From an uncultured Pseudomonadota bacterium (GTDB lineage Bacteria; Pseudomonadota; Alphaproteobacteria; Rs-D84): 58,058 nucleotides of DNA. The first letter of the stretch is position 1. Each line of letters begins with the position of its first letter. The translations under genes were made by a program, and so were the position numbers. Below are positions 9,863-20,010 of the stretch, in pieces. The stretch lies in NCBI GenBank assembly GCA_949292385.1, contig CASEZC010000016.1, positions 1 through 58,058 of the forward strand. The letters are read 5' to 3'. A model generated the notes under the pieces. The model saw only the letters and a program-made list of their open reading frames with translations. It did no database searches and was not told the DNA's origin.

Positions 9863-9887
9863 AAAAACCGCAATAATTGCGGTTTTT
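9863..9887 (-). terminator. Rho-independent terminator after rpsT
   Basis: AAAAACCGCAA-taa-TTGCGGTTTTT, flanked by A and T runs. Confidence 0.7.
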
Positions 9888-9908
9888 ATATCTTAACTTT
9901 GTTTCATA

Positions 9909-10166
9909 TCACATTGCAGAAACTTTTTTTGCCAAACGTGATACTTTACGCGCTGCACGTTTCTTTGGCATGATTTTTCCAACAGCTTTCATAATTTTGC
10001 TTTCTGCTGCACGTAATGCGTTTGTTGCAACTGTCTTGTCGCCAGATTCTACTGCTGCCAAAGCTTTCTTTGTTGCGGTTTTTACTGCACTGCGACGCGC
10101 TGTGTTAATAGCATTCTTTTTCGCAGTTACTAAAATTCTTTTTTCAGATGACTTATGATTTGCCAC
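9909..10166 (-). CDS. rpsT: 30S ribosomal protein S20
   Basis: 85 aa. MANHKSSEKRILVTAKKNAINTARRS... is a typical S20 N-terminus. Confidence 0.93.
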   Translation of the reverse strand: MANHKSSEKRILVTAKKNAINTARRSAVKTATKKALAAVESGDKTVATNALRAAESKIMKAVGKIMPKKRAARKVSRLAKKVSAM

Positions 10167-10251
10167 GTTATTTTCCTTTTATTTATTTAAGTTTTCTGAT
10201 ATTTTATAAGAAACAAACATAAAATCAAGCATAAAATCAAGGAAAAATAAA

Positions 10252-10839
10252 ATGATGTATGTCTTAGGAGTGATTATTTCTTATTTTTTAGGCTCTATAC
10301 CAATGGGGTTGTTGCTGACAAAATTTATGGGTAAGGGCGATTTACGTAAAGTTGGCAGCGGTAATATAGGGGCTACGAATGTTATGCGTGTCGGTGGCTT
10401 GCGTATGGCTGCGTTGACTTGGATACTTGATATGTTAAAAGCAATACTGTCTGTTTTTATTGGTTTTTATATAGGTGGCGAGGCTTTCGGGGCTTGGTGT
10501 GGTTTTTTTGCAATTGTAGGTCATTGTTATCCTGTATGGTTAAAGTTCCATGGAGGTAAGGGAATTTCTTCTTTGTTTGGGGTGCTATTATCCATAAGTC
10601 CTCTTGCTTTCATTATATGTGGCGTTGAATGGTTAATTGTCGCTTTGTCTTCAGGTTTTTCATCTTTGGGGGCAGTTGTTGTATTTTGTTTAATGCCGGT
10701 ATTGGGATTCTTTATGGGATGGCAAATGGGATTGCCTTTCTTGGCTATCGCTTTGTTATGTCTGTGGCGTCACCGTGAAAATATAGGAAGATTGGTTGGT
10801 GGAACCGAATCTAAAATAGAATGGAAATGGAAAAAGTAA
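10252..10839 (+). CDS. plsY: Glycerol-3-phosphate acyltransferase PlsY
   Basis: 195 aa membrane protein with GSGNIGATNV and GGKG motifs. Confidence 0.9.
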   Translation: MMYVLGVIISYFLGSIPMGLLLTKFMGKGDLRKVGSGNIGATNVMRVGGLRMAALTWILDMLKAILSVFIGFYIGGEAFGAWCGFFAIVGHCYPVWLKFHGGKGISSLFGVLLSISPLAFIICGVEWLIVALSSGFSSLGAVVVFCLMPVLGFFMGWQMGLPFLAIALLCLWRHRENIGRLVGGTESKIEWKWKK

Positions 10840-10848
10840 ATCTTTAAC

Positions 10849-10872
10849 ATCGCGCATTTTGCGCGATTTTTT
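10849..10872 (+). terminator. Rho-independent terminator after plsY
   Basis: ATCGCGC-atttt-GCGCGAT followed by TTTTT. Confidence 0.7.
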
Positions 10873-10937
10873 ATAGTTTTATACTTTATTTATATGTTGT
10901 TTTATGCTATAATTATGCTCAATAAGTAGGAAAGAGA

Positions 10938-11768
10938 ATGATGAAAAAAGTTATATCTATTTTAGCTATTGCTTTGATGTTAGAGCCTGCTTTGGCTGCA
11001 ACTTCTAATAATTCTGCGCGTAGGTCTGTAACTTCTAAGATGGTTATAAGTGCTCCTCGTGCAACTGCATCTACTAATCAGTTGAGTGCGATGGCTGCAG
11101 CAAATTCTACTTCTGAGTCTACTACACAAAAATCTAGTGTACGTGTTGACCCGATTCCTATTCCTACTGTTGATAGGCGTGAAAAAGAAAAGGCTGCTTG
11201 TATCAATAATAATATAGGTGTTGGTAATACTTTCGTTTGGGCGTCAAGATATAGTAATATTAATAATTATGCTTCTATGGTGGAAGATACAGAAAATCCA
11301 GAAAATAATACTTGCTTTGTGAAAATTACATTGAAATCTAATGATCCGAAAGTAAGTGTTAACGATGTGCCAAGTAAATATTATGAAATGGGACGTGATA
11401 TTGCGTGTGGTGAATGGGTCGATTCCGAGATGTTGCGTCAGCGTATCTTAGATGCAAAGAAGACAGCACGTGTGTGGGGAAGTGTTGGTGCTGCTGTCGG
11501 TGGCGCAGCAGTCGGTGTTGGCGTTATGGAATTGTTCGGTAATAAATTAATAGGCGGGAAGGTTGAAGGTCAGAAAAGTTTGTCTGATGATGAATTGTTG
11601 CGTTCTCAGTTGTTAGTTTTAAAAGATGAAAATCGTAGTGATTTTAACGACTTTATGGCTGCTTTGCGTGAGATTAAAACAGAATGTGAAAATCTTGAAA
11701 AGAATAATGCAGAAAAGCCATCAGAATGTGATGCGTATGATTATGACTATTTGCTTTCTATACAGTAG
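10938..11768 (+). CDS. Exported Cys-containing protein with a C-proximal Gly-rich TM segment, unknown function
   Basis: 276 aa. Signal peptide ILAIALMLEPALA-A and a Ser/Thr/Ala-rich linker. Contains 6 Cys. Hydrophobic VWGSVGAAVGGAAVGVGVMELFG, then a ~75-aa charged tail. Confidence 0.55.
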   Translation: MMKKVISILAIALMLEPALAATSNNSARRSVTSKMVISAPRATASTNQLSAMAAANSTSESTTQKSSVRVDPIPIPTVDRREKEKAACINNNIGVGNTFVWASRYSNINNYASMVEDTENPENNTCFVKITLKSNDPKVSVNDVPSKYYEMGRDIACGEWVDSEMLRQRILDAKKTARVWGSVGAAVGGAAVGVGVMELFGNKLIGGKVEGQKSLSDDELLRSQLLVLKDENRSDFNDFMAALREIKTECENLEKNNAEKPSECDAYDYDYLLSIQ

Positions 11769-11878
11769 AAGTTTGTAGCTCTTATTAATTAAGTAAAAGG
11801 TCCCAGTTGGGACTTTTTATTTGGATTAAGAAAAATAAGGCTTCCTTTTAATATGCATATATTACTAATATAAATAAC

Positions 11879-12892
11879 ATGTCAGATTTACTTTATAAAT
11901 TATTAATATTACGTACGCCAGGAATAGGGCCTGCTAAATACAACGAATTGATTCGTATGTTTGGAAATGCAGAAAACGCGGTTCGTTCTTTAAATATAGA
12001 CGAAAAAACAAAAAGTGCTGTATTGTTTGAAATAGATGCTGCAAATAAATTAAATATACATTATATAACAGATGAAGATTCGAATTATCCAATCAATTTA
12101 AGAAAAATGAAGAATCATCCACCTGTAATAACTGCGCGTGGAAATGTAAAAACTTTGTCTAAATCAATTGTTAGTATCGTTGGAACAAGACATGCGACCG
12201 TTACTGGTATGGGATTTGTTTCTGAAATAGCGCGTGCGTTTTCTGAAAATGATTATGCGGTTGCATCTGGCATGGCTATGGGGACAGATAGTGCAGCACA
12301 TAGGGGCGCTTTGGCAGCAAATGGTGATTCGCAAACGATCGCGGTTGTTGCGGGTGGAGTCGATTATATATGGCCATTGGAAAACGAATCGTTGTATTGG
12401 GATATTGTAAATCGTGGTGTTGTTATAAGTGAAATGCCTGTTGGGTTTGTGCCAGTTGCAAATAATTTTGTGCAACGTAATCGTTTGGTCGCAGGAATCT
12501 GCGAAAAACTTATTTTAGGAGAAGCTGATTTAAAATCCGGCAGTATGACAACAGCCCGATTCGCAATAGATTATGCACGTGAAATTTGGGCAATTCCCGC
12601 GCATCCTGTGGATTCTAGGTCGGTTGGTCCAAATTCTTTGATAAAGTCTGGCAGTGCAAAATTATGTATGGGGGCGGAAGATTTTTTCAAAAAAGAATTA
12701 ATTCATAAAAAAAATGATAAAAAAATCGAAAAAGAAAATTCGTTGTTAGACGCGTTAGGAACAAATCCTGTGTCTGAGTCTGTATTGGCACAGGTTGTCA
12801 AAAAAAGTATTTCGGAAATTAAAAGTGAATTAGTGGTCTTGGAATTACAGGGTTTGGTCAGAAAAATTGACGGCGGTTATATTCGCATTTAG
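11879..12892 (+). CDS. dprA: DNA-processing protein DprA
   Basis: 337 aa. Rossmann-like core IVGTRHATVTG...AMGTDSAAHRGAL...AVVAGGVDYIWP...SGSMTTARFA. Confidence 0.88.
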   Translation: MSDLLYKLLILRTPGIGPAKYNELIRMFGNAENAVRSLNIDEKTKSAVLFEIDAANKLNIHYITDEDSNYPINLRKMKNHPPVITARGNVKTLSKSIVSIVGTRHATVTGMGFVSEIARAFSENDYAVASGMAMGTDSAAHRGALAANGDSQTIAVVAGGVDYIWPLENESLYWDIVNRGVVISEMPVGFVPVANNFVQRNRLVAGICEKLILGEADLKSGSMTTARFAIDYAREIWAIPAHPVDSRSVGPNSLIKSGSAKLCMGAEDFFKKELIHKKNDKKIEKENSLLDALGTNPVSESVLAQVVKKSISEIKSELVVLELQGLVRKIDGGYIRI

Positions 12893-13212
12893 AAAAAAAT
12901 ATGTCTATACAGTGTATATACAAAGTGCGGAAATCTGGCAAAAAAACGAATCGTTGTCAAAAAATAAATCTTGAAAAATTGTTCAACAATCGGTTGCAAA
13001 ACTGAATTAATCTTATAACTTATTGGACGTATCCAAAACGATTGAGAAACACTCAATCACCAAAGCGAGAGAGTAAGAAAACGTAGGCAAACATAAACAC
13101 TAAATTTTTATGAAATCGATTAAGATTAGTAAAATTTAGCGTTTATGTGCAGGTGATTTTTACACTCTTGCGCTGGCAGGAAACTCTTTTAAGAAAGGAA
13201 AGGAGAAACGAC

Positions 13213-14505
13213 ATGCAGGTAGCGGTGAAAAAAATAACAATGACTAACTTGGAACAAATCAAGGAGGCCATCGCCGCAAAAATGGATTCTGCAAGTTTTT
13301 CTTCTTGGATTGCACCTTTGCAGTTTGACGTTTCTGGTGATACATTAGTTTTAACGGCTCAGAATCAATTCTCGGCAGATTTTATCGGCAGTGTTCATGC
13401 AAATGTTTTAAATTCTGTTGCAGCTGAATTTGGTTTGAATGTTAAATTGGCAGTTAAAGGTACTACAGTTGTTGCAGCACCTGTTGCAAATGATAATAAC
13501 GTTCAAGCTTATGCACCAAAGACAGAAGATAAAGTAAATAACGTTTCTTCTGCAGTTGCATTTGATTCTTTCATCTTGTGTGAAGAAAATGCTTTCGTTG
13601 TTTCTGCATGCAAAAAATTAGCAGCGGGTGTAGTTCCATTTTCTCCGCTGTTTATTTATGGTCCAGCAGGCTGCGGTAAATCTTTGTTGGCAGATTGTAT
13701 CGAAGCTGCTTCAAATGGTCGTGTAATAAAAATGTCTGGTGGTCAGTTCGTTTCAGAATTTGCACGTAGCTTGCATGACAGATCTGTTTTTGCTTTTAAA
13801 GACTTCTGCCGTAATTGTGATACTTTCATTTTGGATGATGTTCAGACCTTGGCGGGTAAACGTGCAACTTGTGAAGAATTTATACAGTTGGTTATAGATT
13901 TACGTGCAGCAGGTAAAAATGTTGTTTTGACAGCAAATGCAGCACCAAATAATTTGTCAGGTTTTGATCGTCGTATGCAATCTTTGTTGGCATCTGGTTT
14001 GGTTGCAGATGTTGCAGCACCAACTGTAAATGTAAAACGTGTTATGTTGATGCGTGCAGGTGTTTCAGAAGAAGTTGCATCTTCTTTGGCAGCACGTATC
14101 GCAGGTGATGGTCACTTGGTTGGTGGCGTTGCAATGAAAATCAAAACATATGCAGATTTAATGGGTGAAAAAGTTACATTAGAAATTGCACAACGTTTAT
14201 TATCTGATACATTGCAGAAAGCAAAAACACCAATTGCAATGGTTAAGTCTATGTGTGAAAAATTGGGCGTTTCATATGATGCAGTATGCGGCAAAGGTCG
14301 TAGCCGTGCTGTTGTATTGGCTCGTCAAATGATGATGGCAGTATTGAAGGGGGCAACAAGCATGTCTTTGACAGAAATTGGTCGTGTATGCGGTGACCGT
14401 GATCATGCGACAGTATTGTATGCAATATCACAAGTTGAAAAAATGAAAAAAACAGATTTGGTATTAGCAGCTCAGATTAACCAAATGATAGAAGAATGCA
14501 AATAA
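13213..14505 (+). CDS. dnaA: Chromosomal replication initiator DnaA (divergent)
   Basis: 430 aa from the ATG at 13213, which is preceded by AGGAAAGGAGAAACGAC. Walker A GPAGCGKS, FILDDVQTLAGK, and C-terminal DNA-binding SLTEIGRVCGDRDHATVLYA. The ORF-track start at 13147 was judged an upstream extension. Confidence 0.85.
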   Translation: MQVAVKKITMTNLEQIKEAIAAKMDSASFSSWIAPLQFDVSGDTLVLTAQNQFSADFIGSVHANVLNSVAAEFGLNVKLAVKGTTVVAAPVANDNNVQAYAPKTEDKVNNVSSAVAFDSFILCEENAFVVSACKKLAAGVVPFSPLFIYGPAGCGKSLLADCIEAASNGRVIKMSGGQFVSEFARSLHDRSVFAFKDFCRNCDTFILDDVQTLAGKRATCEEFIQLVIDLRAAGKNVVLTANAAPNNLSGFDRRMQSLLASGLVADVAAPTVNVKRVMLMRAGVSEEVASSLAARIAGDGHLVGGVAMKIKTYADLMGEKVTLEIAQRLLSDTLQKAKTPIAMVKSMCEKLGVSYDAVCGKGRSRAVVLARQMMMAVLKGATSMSLTEIGRVCGDRDHATVLYAISQVEKMKKTDLVLAAQINQMIEECK

Positions 14506-14635
14506 ATCTGATATAAAATAACGAAAAGTTAGATATTTAGTTGTTGGCAGCCCCAGTGAAATATGATAAAATAAAGAAAAATATGTATAGGTTTTTTACC
14601 TGTAAAAGTTCGCAAATCGAACAAATGGGGGAGAA

Positions 14636-16096
14636 ATGAAAAAGTTATTATTGTTTTCGGTGGCGTGTTTTTCTATTTGTTTTTGTGCATATGGTGCACC
14701 TGCTGGAGTGGGGGCTTATGCGGAATTGGGGAGGGCTATGCAGCTGCAGCCAAATATAAAAGTTACTCCGAAGGGCTGTCCAACGTCTGAACCTACAAAT
14801 TGTAACCGTAATGATAATGAAATTTTACAATTGTATGGGGTGAATGGTTGTTTTATTTGTGAACAAAACTATTGTAATTCTGGAGTATTTGTTAGTTTTA
14901 GGGGAACCGCCGAAGTTCGTGGTGGTGGTGGAAAACGATATTCTGGTTTTCATAGTTTTGTTTGTAAACGTGGTGGTGCTTTTTATGATGATCATTGGTC
15001 TCATGTAGATTTGAATGAATGTACGAGTAATAAATTTTTGCGTTTAAAGAATGACCCTAATGCTATTCAGGTTATTATAAACCCTGATACGGGTGAGGCA
15101 AGTGTGAATGATCAGGCTTCATATGTTATGAGTGCTACTGCTGCTTGTATCGGGTATGTGTGTGGATCTGATTTTGTCGAGGTAAATGGGAAATGTATGC
15201 CTAAAAATGCCGAAATAGATTTTGGCGCGAAATGTGAAGAATCAGGCGGTAGTTGGAGTATTGATTCTGCTTCCTGTTCTTGTGATTCTAATAAGAATTT
15301 GAAAGAACAAAATGGAGTATGTGTATGTATAAGCGATGATTATACATACTCTGAAAGTGAGAAAAAATGTATAAAAAAAGCTGGAAATGAAACACCTGGC
15401 AGTGGTGAAAATCCTACTTGTACACAGCGATATGGATGTTATAGCTTGCCAGCAGATAAGCAGAAGGCTTGTGTTGCATGTTGCTCGGTTTCATCGGCAA
15501 TTGCAAATTGGAATCCTGGTACACAAATTTGTGAATGTGTTAATAAGTCGCAAACCTTTAACCCTGATACAAAGATGTGTAGTGGGGGTAGTGTGGTAAA
15601 TCCACCGGTTGTTGTTACACCTACACCAGAAACTTACAGATGTGATTTAAATAAGTTATTAGAATTAAGAAATAAGTATTCGAATAATAGTGAGGTTGTT
15701 CGTTTGATAGATGATCTTATTAAAAAGTGTAATGAAGGTATCTCTGAAACAGAATATAATAATCTGTATGTTAACATTAACATTATAATTACTAATATAC
15801 AGAATACTACGATATCTTCTTCAAAGACAAAGATTTCAAATGCAGTTGCAAAGTTAAATAAAATCGCGAGTGACTTTAATACAAGTGTTTGGAAAAATGC
15901 AGAAGGCGAATTTAATACGTCGCGTCTGATTTCTGATACCGTTGCTGGCGTGGTTCTTGGAACTGCTGGTGGTTTGATAACAAGTAGCGTAGTTAAAAAG
16001 AATCAAGTTGAAAGTGGTTTCGAAGATATTCAATGCACAGTCGGTGGACAAGTTGTCGCTGGTTGGGGCGATCAGTTCCGCGTCGGTATCCAATAA
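14636..16096 (+). CDS. Exported cysteine-rich protein with a C-proximal TM segment, unknown function
   Basis: 486 aa. Signal peptide LLFSVACFSICFCAYGA. More than 35 Cys in short CxC / Cx(n)C clusters (e.g. CEESGGSWSIDSASCSCDSNKNLKEQNGVCVC). A helical Asn-rich segment precedes hydrophobic VAGVVLGTAGGLITSSVV near the C-terminus. Confidence 0.6.
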   Translation: MKKLLLFSVACFSICFCAYGAPAGVGAYAELGRAMQLQPNIKVTPKGCPTSEPTNCNRNDNEILQLYGVNGCFICEQNYCNSGVFVSFRGTAEVRGGGGKRYSGFHSFVCKRGGAFYDDHWSHVDLNECTSNKFLRLKNDPNAIQVIINPDTGEASVNDQASYVMSATAACIGYVCGSDFVEVNGKCMPKNAEIDFGAKCEESGGSWSIDSASCSCDSNKNLKEQNGVCVCISDDYTYSESEKKCIKKAGNETPGSGENPTCTQRYGCYSLPADKQKACVACCSVSSAIANWNPGTQICECVNKSQTFNPDTKMCSGGSVVNPPVVVTPTPETYRCDLNKLLELRNKYSNNSEVVRLIDDLIKKCNEGISETEYNNLYVNINIIITNIQNTTISSSKTKISNAVAKLNKIASDFNTSVWKNAEGEFNTSRLISDTVAGVVLGTAGGLITSSVVKKNQVESGFEDIQCTVGGQVVAGWGDQFRVGIQ

Positions 16097-16112
16097 AACA
16101 GATGGGGAAGAC

Positions 16113-16146
16113 AAAAATACCGGACTTTATGTCCGGTATTTATTTT
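16113..16146. terminator. Bidirectional terminator hairpin between convergent genes
   Basis: ATACCGGAC-tttat-GTCCGGTAT with an A run before and a T-rich run after. Confidence 0.7.
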
Positions 16147-16157
16147 GGTGTCTTTAT

Positions 16158-16595
16158 TTATTTTGTTTTTTCTTTGTTTTTCATGCTTAACATATTTAAA
16201 TACTTGTTACGTATCTTTATCTGTCTTTCAAGATCGTGACGAGTTGCATGATTTAATCTTTGGGTTAATTCTTCAACTGAATTGCAACGTGCAAGCATTT
16301 CATTCGTTGGGAATAATAATGCAATTGGGTGTTTCGTTTCTTTATCTTGGTATTCAATAATTGTTGATGCCAAGCTTTCGCCCATAATTGGTTTTAATTC
16401 ATCATACATCTCTACCATAGTTGTTGTTGCTGGATTTGGAAAATGTGTAGTACGCATCCAACCTGCATCTTCTTGAACTGGTTTGCCGTTCAATTTTACA
16501 ACTGCCAATGGCGTTTCGTTGCATAAGCTAAATTGTTTATTCAAATGTGGTATGATTTTTACCACATATGTATTCTTATTCTTTTTGGAACCCAT
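16158..16595 (-). CDS. Hypothetical cytoplasmic protein
   Basis: 145-aa ORF with no overlapping better candidate. No recognised motif. Preceded by AAAGGATAAAAC. Confidence 0.5.
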   Translation of the reverse strand: MGSKKNKNTYVVKIIPHLNKQFSLCNETPLAVVKLNGKPVQEDAGWMRTTHFPNPATTTMVEMYDELKPIMGESLASTIIEYQDKETKHPIALLFPTNEMLARCNSVEELTQRLNHATRHDLERQIKIRNKYLNMLSMKNKEKTK

Positions 16596-16726
16596 GTTTT
16601 ATCCTTTATTTTACTTTATTAAAGTAATACAAAAAATATAATTGTCAAGTGTTTTTTTGCGCAACACTATTCAGGAAGGTTTTTATGCGTTAAGGACTTG
16701 TTTGTTATATTTGTGAAAAAACGCCT

Positions 16727-18706
16727 TTAAACAAACAAGTCTTTTACAAACTGTGCATGTTCTGTGATGAATTTAAATCGAAATTCTGGTTTCTTTCCCA
16801 TAAGTTCAGATACTATCGTGCGTGTTTTTTCCGTATCTTCTGCACCTTCATCTGTTCTTGGGGGCAGGTCAACACGTATCAGACGACGGGTCTTTGGTGA
16901 CATCGTTGTTTCTTTTAGCTGGTTTGGCATCATTTCACCAAGTCCCTTGAATCGAGATATTTCTACTTTTTTATTTTTATATTTACCGTTTTTCAATTCT
17001 TCCAGTTCTTCATCTGTATCTACGTAAATAGACTCAGTTCCGCAGGTCAGTTTATAAAGCGGAGGACAAGATAAATATAAATGACCGCCATATATTAACT
17101 GTGGCATATGCTGGTAAAAGAACGCCATAAGAAGCGATGCAATATGGCTGCCGTCAACGTCAGCATCGGTCATTACGATTATTTTTTCATATCTTAATTT
17201 GCTGTCATCCCAATTTTTTGCTGTGCCAGCACCGATTATATCTATTAATTCATTTAATTCCTTGTTTGCTCCAAATCTTTCGTCTGAATTTGATATAACG
17301 TTTAATACTTTTCCACGTAGTGGCATAATCGCTTGGGTTGCACGGTCGCGTGCTTGCTTTGCGGTACCACCAGCTGATTCTCCTTCTACGATAAATAATT
17401 CTGTGCCTTCAACGCCGTGTTTAGAGCAATCTGCAAGTTTAGCCGGCATTCTTATGCGTTTTGTAGGTGTCTTTCTTGCAATATCTTTTACCTGCTTGGT
17501 CTTTATTCTGGCGTTTGCCAAGTTAATTACAAAATCAAGTAAAGAATTTGCTGTCTTTGGGTCAGATGCTAAAAATATATCCCATGGATCGCGCAATGCG
17601 TTTTCTGTATATCGTGCAATTTCTGGATTTGATAATTTTTCTTTCGTTTGACCTAAAAACTGAGGTGTTTTATAAAATACAGATACTATTGCTGCAACTG
17701 AATCAAAGACGTCATCGCCAATTATACTGGTCGCTGCTTTGTTATTTACTTTTTCACCGTATGCTTTTATGCCCTTGGTTATCGCAGATTTAAAGCCTGT
17801 TTCGTGTGTTCCGCCATCAATAGTTGCAATAGTGTTACAGTACGATGAAAAGAAGCCGTCGTCAGAAGCTGCACCATTTTCGTCTGTTAAAAATGTTAAA
17901 GCCCATTCTACGCGCCCCATATCATCAGGAAAATCTACGCTGCCACTAAATATTTTTGGCAAAATGCGCGGTTTTTCTTTTGTCTTTTCTTCCAAGAAAT
18001 CTGCCACACCGTTTGGATAGTAAAACGTTGTATCCGCAGGTATATTCATATCCTCGGTTAATAAAGACGGATTACAGTGCCAATCTATACGAACGCCTTT
18101 GGATAGAAATGACTTTGCACGCGCCATTCTGTATATTTTTATTGGCTTAAATACAGCCGCAGTACCAAATATTTCATCGTCTATTGTAAATCTTATCTTT
18201 GTACCGTGGTTCTTTGTTGCTTCGCCACGTGTCATCGGACTGGTTGGTTTCCCGCGTGAAAAGGTTTGTGTCCATTCATATCCATCGCGAGATATTGTTA
18301 CTATCATCTCGGAAGTTAGTGCGTTTACAACCGCACTGCCAACGCCATGCAAACCGCCACTGGTTTTATATACATTGTTATTAAATTTACCGCCAGAATG
18401 AAGTGTTGTTAAAATTACTTCCAATGCTGATTTGCCAGGATATTTAGGATGCTCGTCGACAGGGATACCGCGTCCGTCATCGGTTATTTCAATCGTTTTT
18501 GCATCTATTAAATTTACGATAATTTTTTTTGCAAAACCGGCAACCGCCTCGTCAATAGAATTATCCATTATTTCAACAGGCAGGTGATGCCACGCCTTTT
18601 CATCTGTACCACCGATATACATACCAGGGCGCAGGCGAACTGGTTCCAAACCTTCTAATACTTGAATGTCTGATGCGTCATAAGAATGAGTATTTTGTTC
18701 TGTCAT
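16727..18706 (-). CDS. parE: DNA topoisomerase IV subunit B
   Basis: 659 aa. GHKL ATPase (LEGLEPVRLRPGMYIGGTD, DNSIDEA, DDGRGIP, GLHGVG) and Toprim (EGESAGG, DADVDGSHI). The length and the IGGTD motif fit alphaproteobacterial ParE rather than the ~800-aa GyrB. Confidence 0.85.
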   Translation of the reverse strand: MTEQNTHSYDASDIQVLEGLEPVRLRPGMYIGGTDEKAWHHLPVEIMDNSIDEAVAGFAKKIIVNLIDAKTIEITDDGRGIPVDEHPKYPGKSALEVILTTLHSGGKFNNNVYKTSGGLHGVGSAVVNALTSEMIVTISRDGYEWTQTFSRGKPTSPMTRGEATKNHGTKIRFTIDDEIFGTAAVFKPIKIYRMARAKSFLSKGVRIDWHCNPSLLTEDMNIPADTTFYYPNGVADFLEEKTKEKPRILPKIFSGSVDFPDDMGRVEWALTFLTDENGAASDDGFFSSYCNTIATIDGGTHETGFKSAITKGIKAYGEKVNNKAATSIIGDDVFDSVAAIVSVFYKTPQFLGQTKEKLSNPEIARYTENALRDPWDIFLASDPKTANSLLDFVINLANARIKTKQVKDIARKTPTKRIRMPAKLADCSKHGVEGTELFIVEGESAGGTAKQARDRATQAIMPLRGKVLNVISNSDERFGANKELNELIDIIGAGTAKNWDDSKLRYEKIIVMTDADVDGSHIASLLMAFFYQHMPQLIYGGHLYLSCPPLYKLTCGTESIYVDTDEELEELKNGKYKNKKVEISRFKGLGEMMPNQLKETTMSPKTRRLIRVDLPPRTDEGAEDTEKTRTIVSELMGKKPEFRFKFITEHAQFVKDLFV

Positions 18707-18827
18707 AGTATGTTTATTATTATAACATTATTCCTTTTCTTGCAAGTGAAAGATATATTTATGGGCTTGATTTTTTCTGCAAAGAAACTATATATTTCTG
18801 AGAAATAAATAATATGGGCTAAATAAT

Positions 18828-19961
18828 ATGAATAAAAATCCTTATGAAGTTCTTGGTGTTGCACGTGATGCATCTGATGCAGATATTAAAAAGGCTTATC
18901 ATAAGCTTGTTTTAAAATATCATCCAGATAAGAATCCTGGTAACAAAGAAGCCGAAGAAAAGTTTAAAGAGGTTAATAACGCTTTTGATATTTTAAAAGA
19001 CCCTCAGAAGCGTGCTGCGTATGATAGATTTGGTGATGCCGCTTTTGCAGGTGGAAATGCGTCTGGGGCGAATCCTTTTGGTGCAGGTGCTAATCCGTTT
19101 GGTAATGGGGCGTTTCGCTTTGATATGGGCGGTGGCGCAGGTATGGAAGATATTTTGCGTGAAGCAATGCGTGGATTTGGCTTCGACGGTTTTGGTGGCG
19201 GGGCAAGTCGCGGGGATGCTCGTCGTGGGGGACGTGACCTGTTAGATGAAGTTGTCATAGATTTAAAAGACGCATATTTTGGTAAAGCTCATACCGTTAA
19301 ATTTACAAGCGATGTTCAATGTGAAAAGTGTCACGGATTTGGTACGGATGACGGCAAACAGGCACCAAAATGTACTCGTTGTGGCGGAACTGGTTACGTT
19401 CATACAAGTCGTGGTTTCTTTGCTATGGAAACGCCTTGTCCAGAGTGTAATGGGTTAGGGCACAAGATTGATAAAAAGTGTTCTCAGTGTGACGGTACTG
19501 GTACAATCAGAAAAAGTCGCACCCTAGAGGTAAATATACCTGCAGGTGTAGAAGATGGAACACGTCTTCGTTTGGCAGGTCAGGGCGAGGCAGGACAAAA
19601 TGGTGGACCTGCTGGTGACTTTTATTTAGATGTTCGTATTCGTCCTGATAAGCGCTTTGAACGTCAAGGTGACGATTTGATTGTAAAAGTAGATGTACCT
19701 TTTACTACGTTAGCGTTGGGCGGTGAGATAGAGGTCGAAACAATTGACGACAAAAAACTGGCTGTGAAAGTTCCTTCTGGTACACAGATTGGTGAAAAGT
19801 TACGTGTTCGTGGTCATGGTATGCCAGGACGTCGTGCGGGAAGTTTTGGCGATTTGTATATAGATATTAATATGAAAGTTCCAACAAAGCTTACTGAAAA
19901 GCAAAAGAAGTTGTTAAATGAATTTGCCGGAACTAAATCTGAGAAGAAGGGATGGTTTTAA
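18828..19961 (+). CDS. dnaJ: Molecular chaperone DnaJ
   Basis: 377 aa. J domain with HPD (KYHPDKNPG), a G/F-rich linker, and four CxxCxGxG zinc-finger repeats. Confidence 0.95.
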   Translation: MNKNPYEVLGVARDASDADIKKAYHKLVLKYHPDKNPGNKEAEEKFKEVNNAFDILKDPQKRAAYDRFGDAAFAGGNASGANPFGAGANPFGNGAFRFDMGGGAGMEDILREAMRGFGFDGFGGGASRGDARRGGRDLLDEVVIDLKDAYFGKAHTVKFTSDVQCEKCHGFGTDDGKQAPKCTRCGGTGYVHTSRGFFAMETPCPECNGLGHKIDKKCSQCDGTGTIRKSRTLEVNIPAGVEDGTRLRLAGQGEAGQNGGPAGDFYLDVRIRPDKRFERQGDDLIVKVDVPFTTLALGGEIEVETIDDKKLAVKVPSGTQIGEKLRVRGHGMPGRRAGSFGDLYIDINMKVPTKLTEKQKKLLNEFAGTKSEKKGWF

Positions 19962-19972
19962 AATAAGTAAAT

Positions 19973-19998
19973 AAAAAACCGACGTTTGTCGGTTTTTT
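19973..19998. terminator. Bidirectional terminator between dnaJ and pgsA
   Basis: AAAAAACCGAC-gttt-GTCGGTTTTTT. Confidence 0.8.
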
Positions 19999-20010
19999 AT
20001 TTTGTTATTA

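Noticed and set aside
12893-13212. 320-bp intergenic region upstream of dnaA, examined as a possible oriC (DnaA boxes, AT-rich unwinding element) or ncRNA.
   Set aside because: I could not find convincing TTATCCACA-type boxes. There are only weak partial matches and a small hairpin, GATTGAG-aaaca-CTCAATC. In alphaproteobacteria oriC is often not next to dnaA. A genome-wide GC-skew and DnaA-box scan would be needed.
13147-13212. Upstream extension of the dnaA ORF (the ORF-track start at 13147). Similar upstream extensions occur for gatC (1887), uvrC (22105), pal (37901), the OMP (37951), fabF (53012), lepA (47995) and the integrase homologue (51534).
   Set aside because: The internal ATG codons have proper Shine-Dalgarno spacing and yield N-termini matching the family (or a signal peptide starting near residue 1). 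Several track starts are non-ATG codons.
19004-19258. 84-aa Pro/Ala/Ser-rich ORF on the minus strand. Many similar 60-180-aa ORFs appear in the track, e.g. 1412-1867, 25130-25528, 43577-43876, 44266-44565, 44931-45281, 46736-47272 and 52594-52992.
   Set aside because: Each lies antisense to, or out of frame within, a well-supported gene (dnaJ G/F region, gatA/gatC, the AsmA-family gene, fibre genes, YqaA/rbfA, acpP). Their low-complexity composition is what is expected from reading repeat- or GC-skewed coding DNA in another frame.
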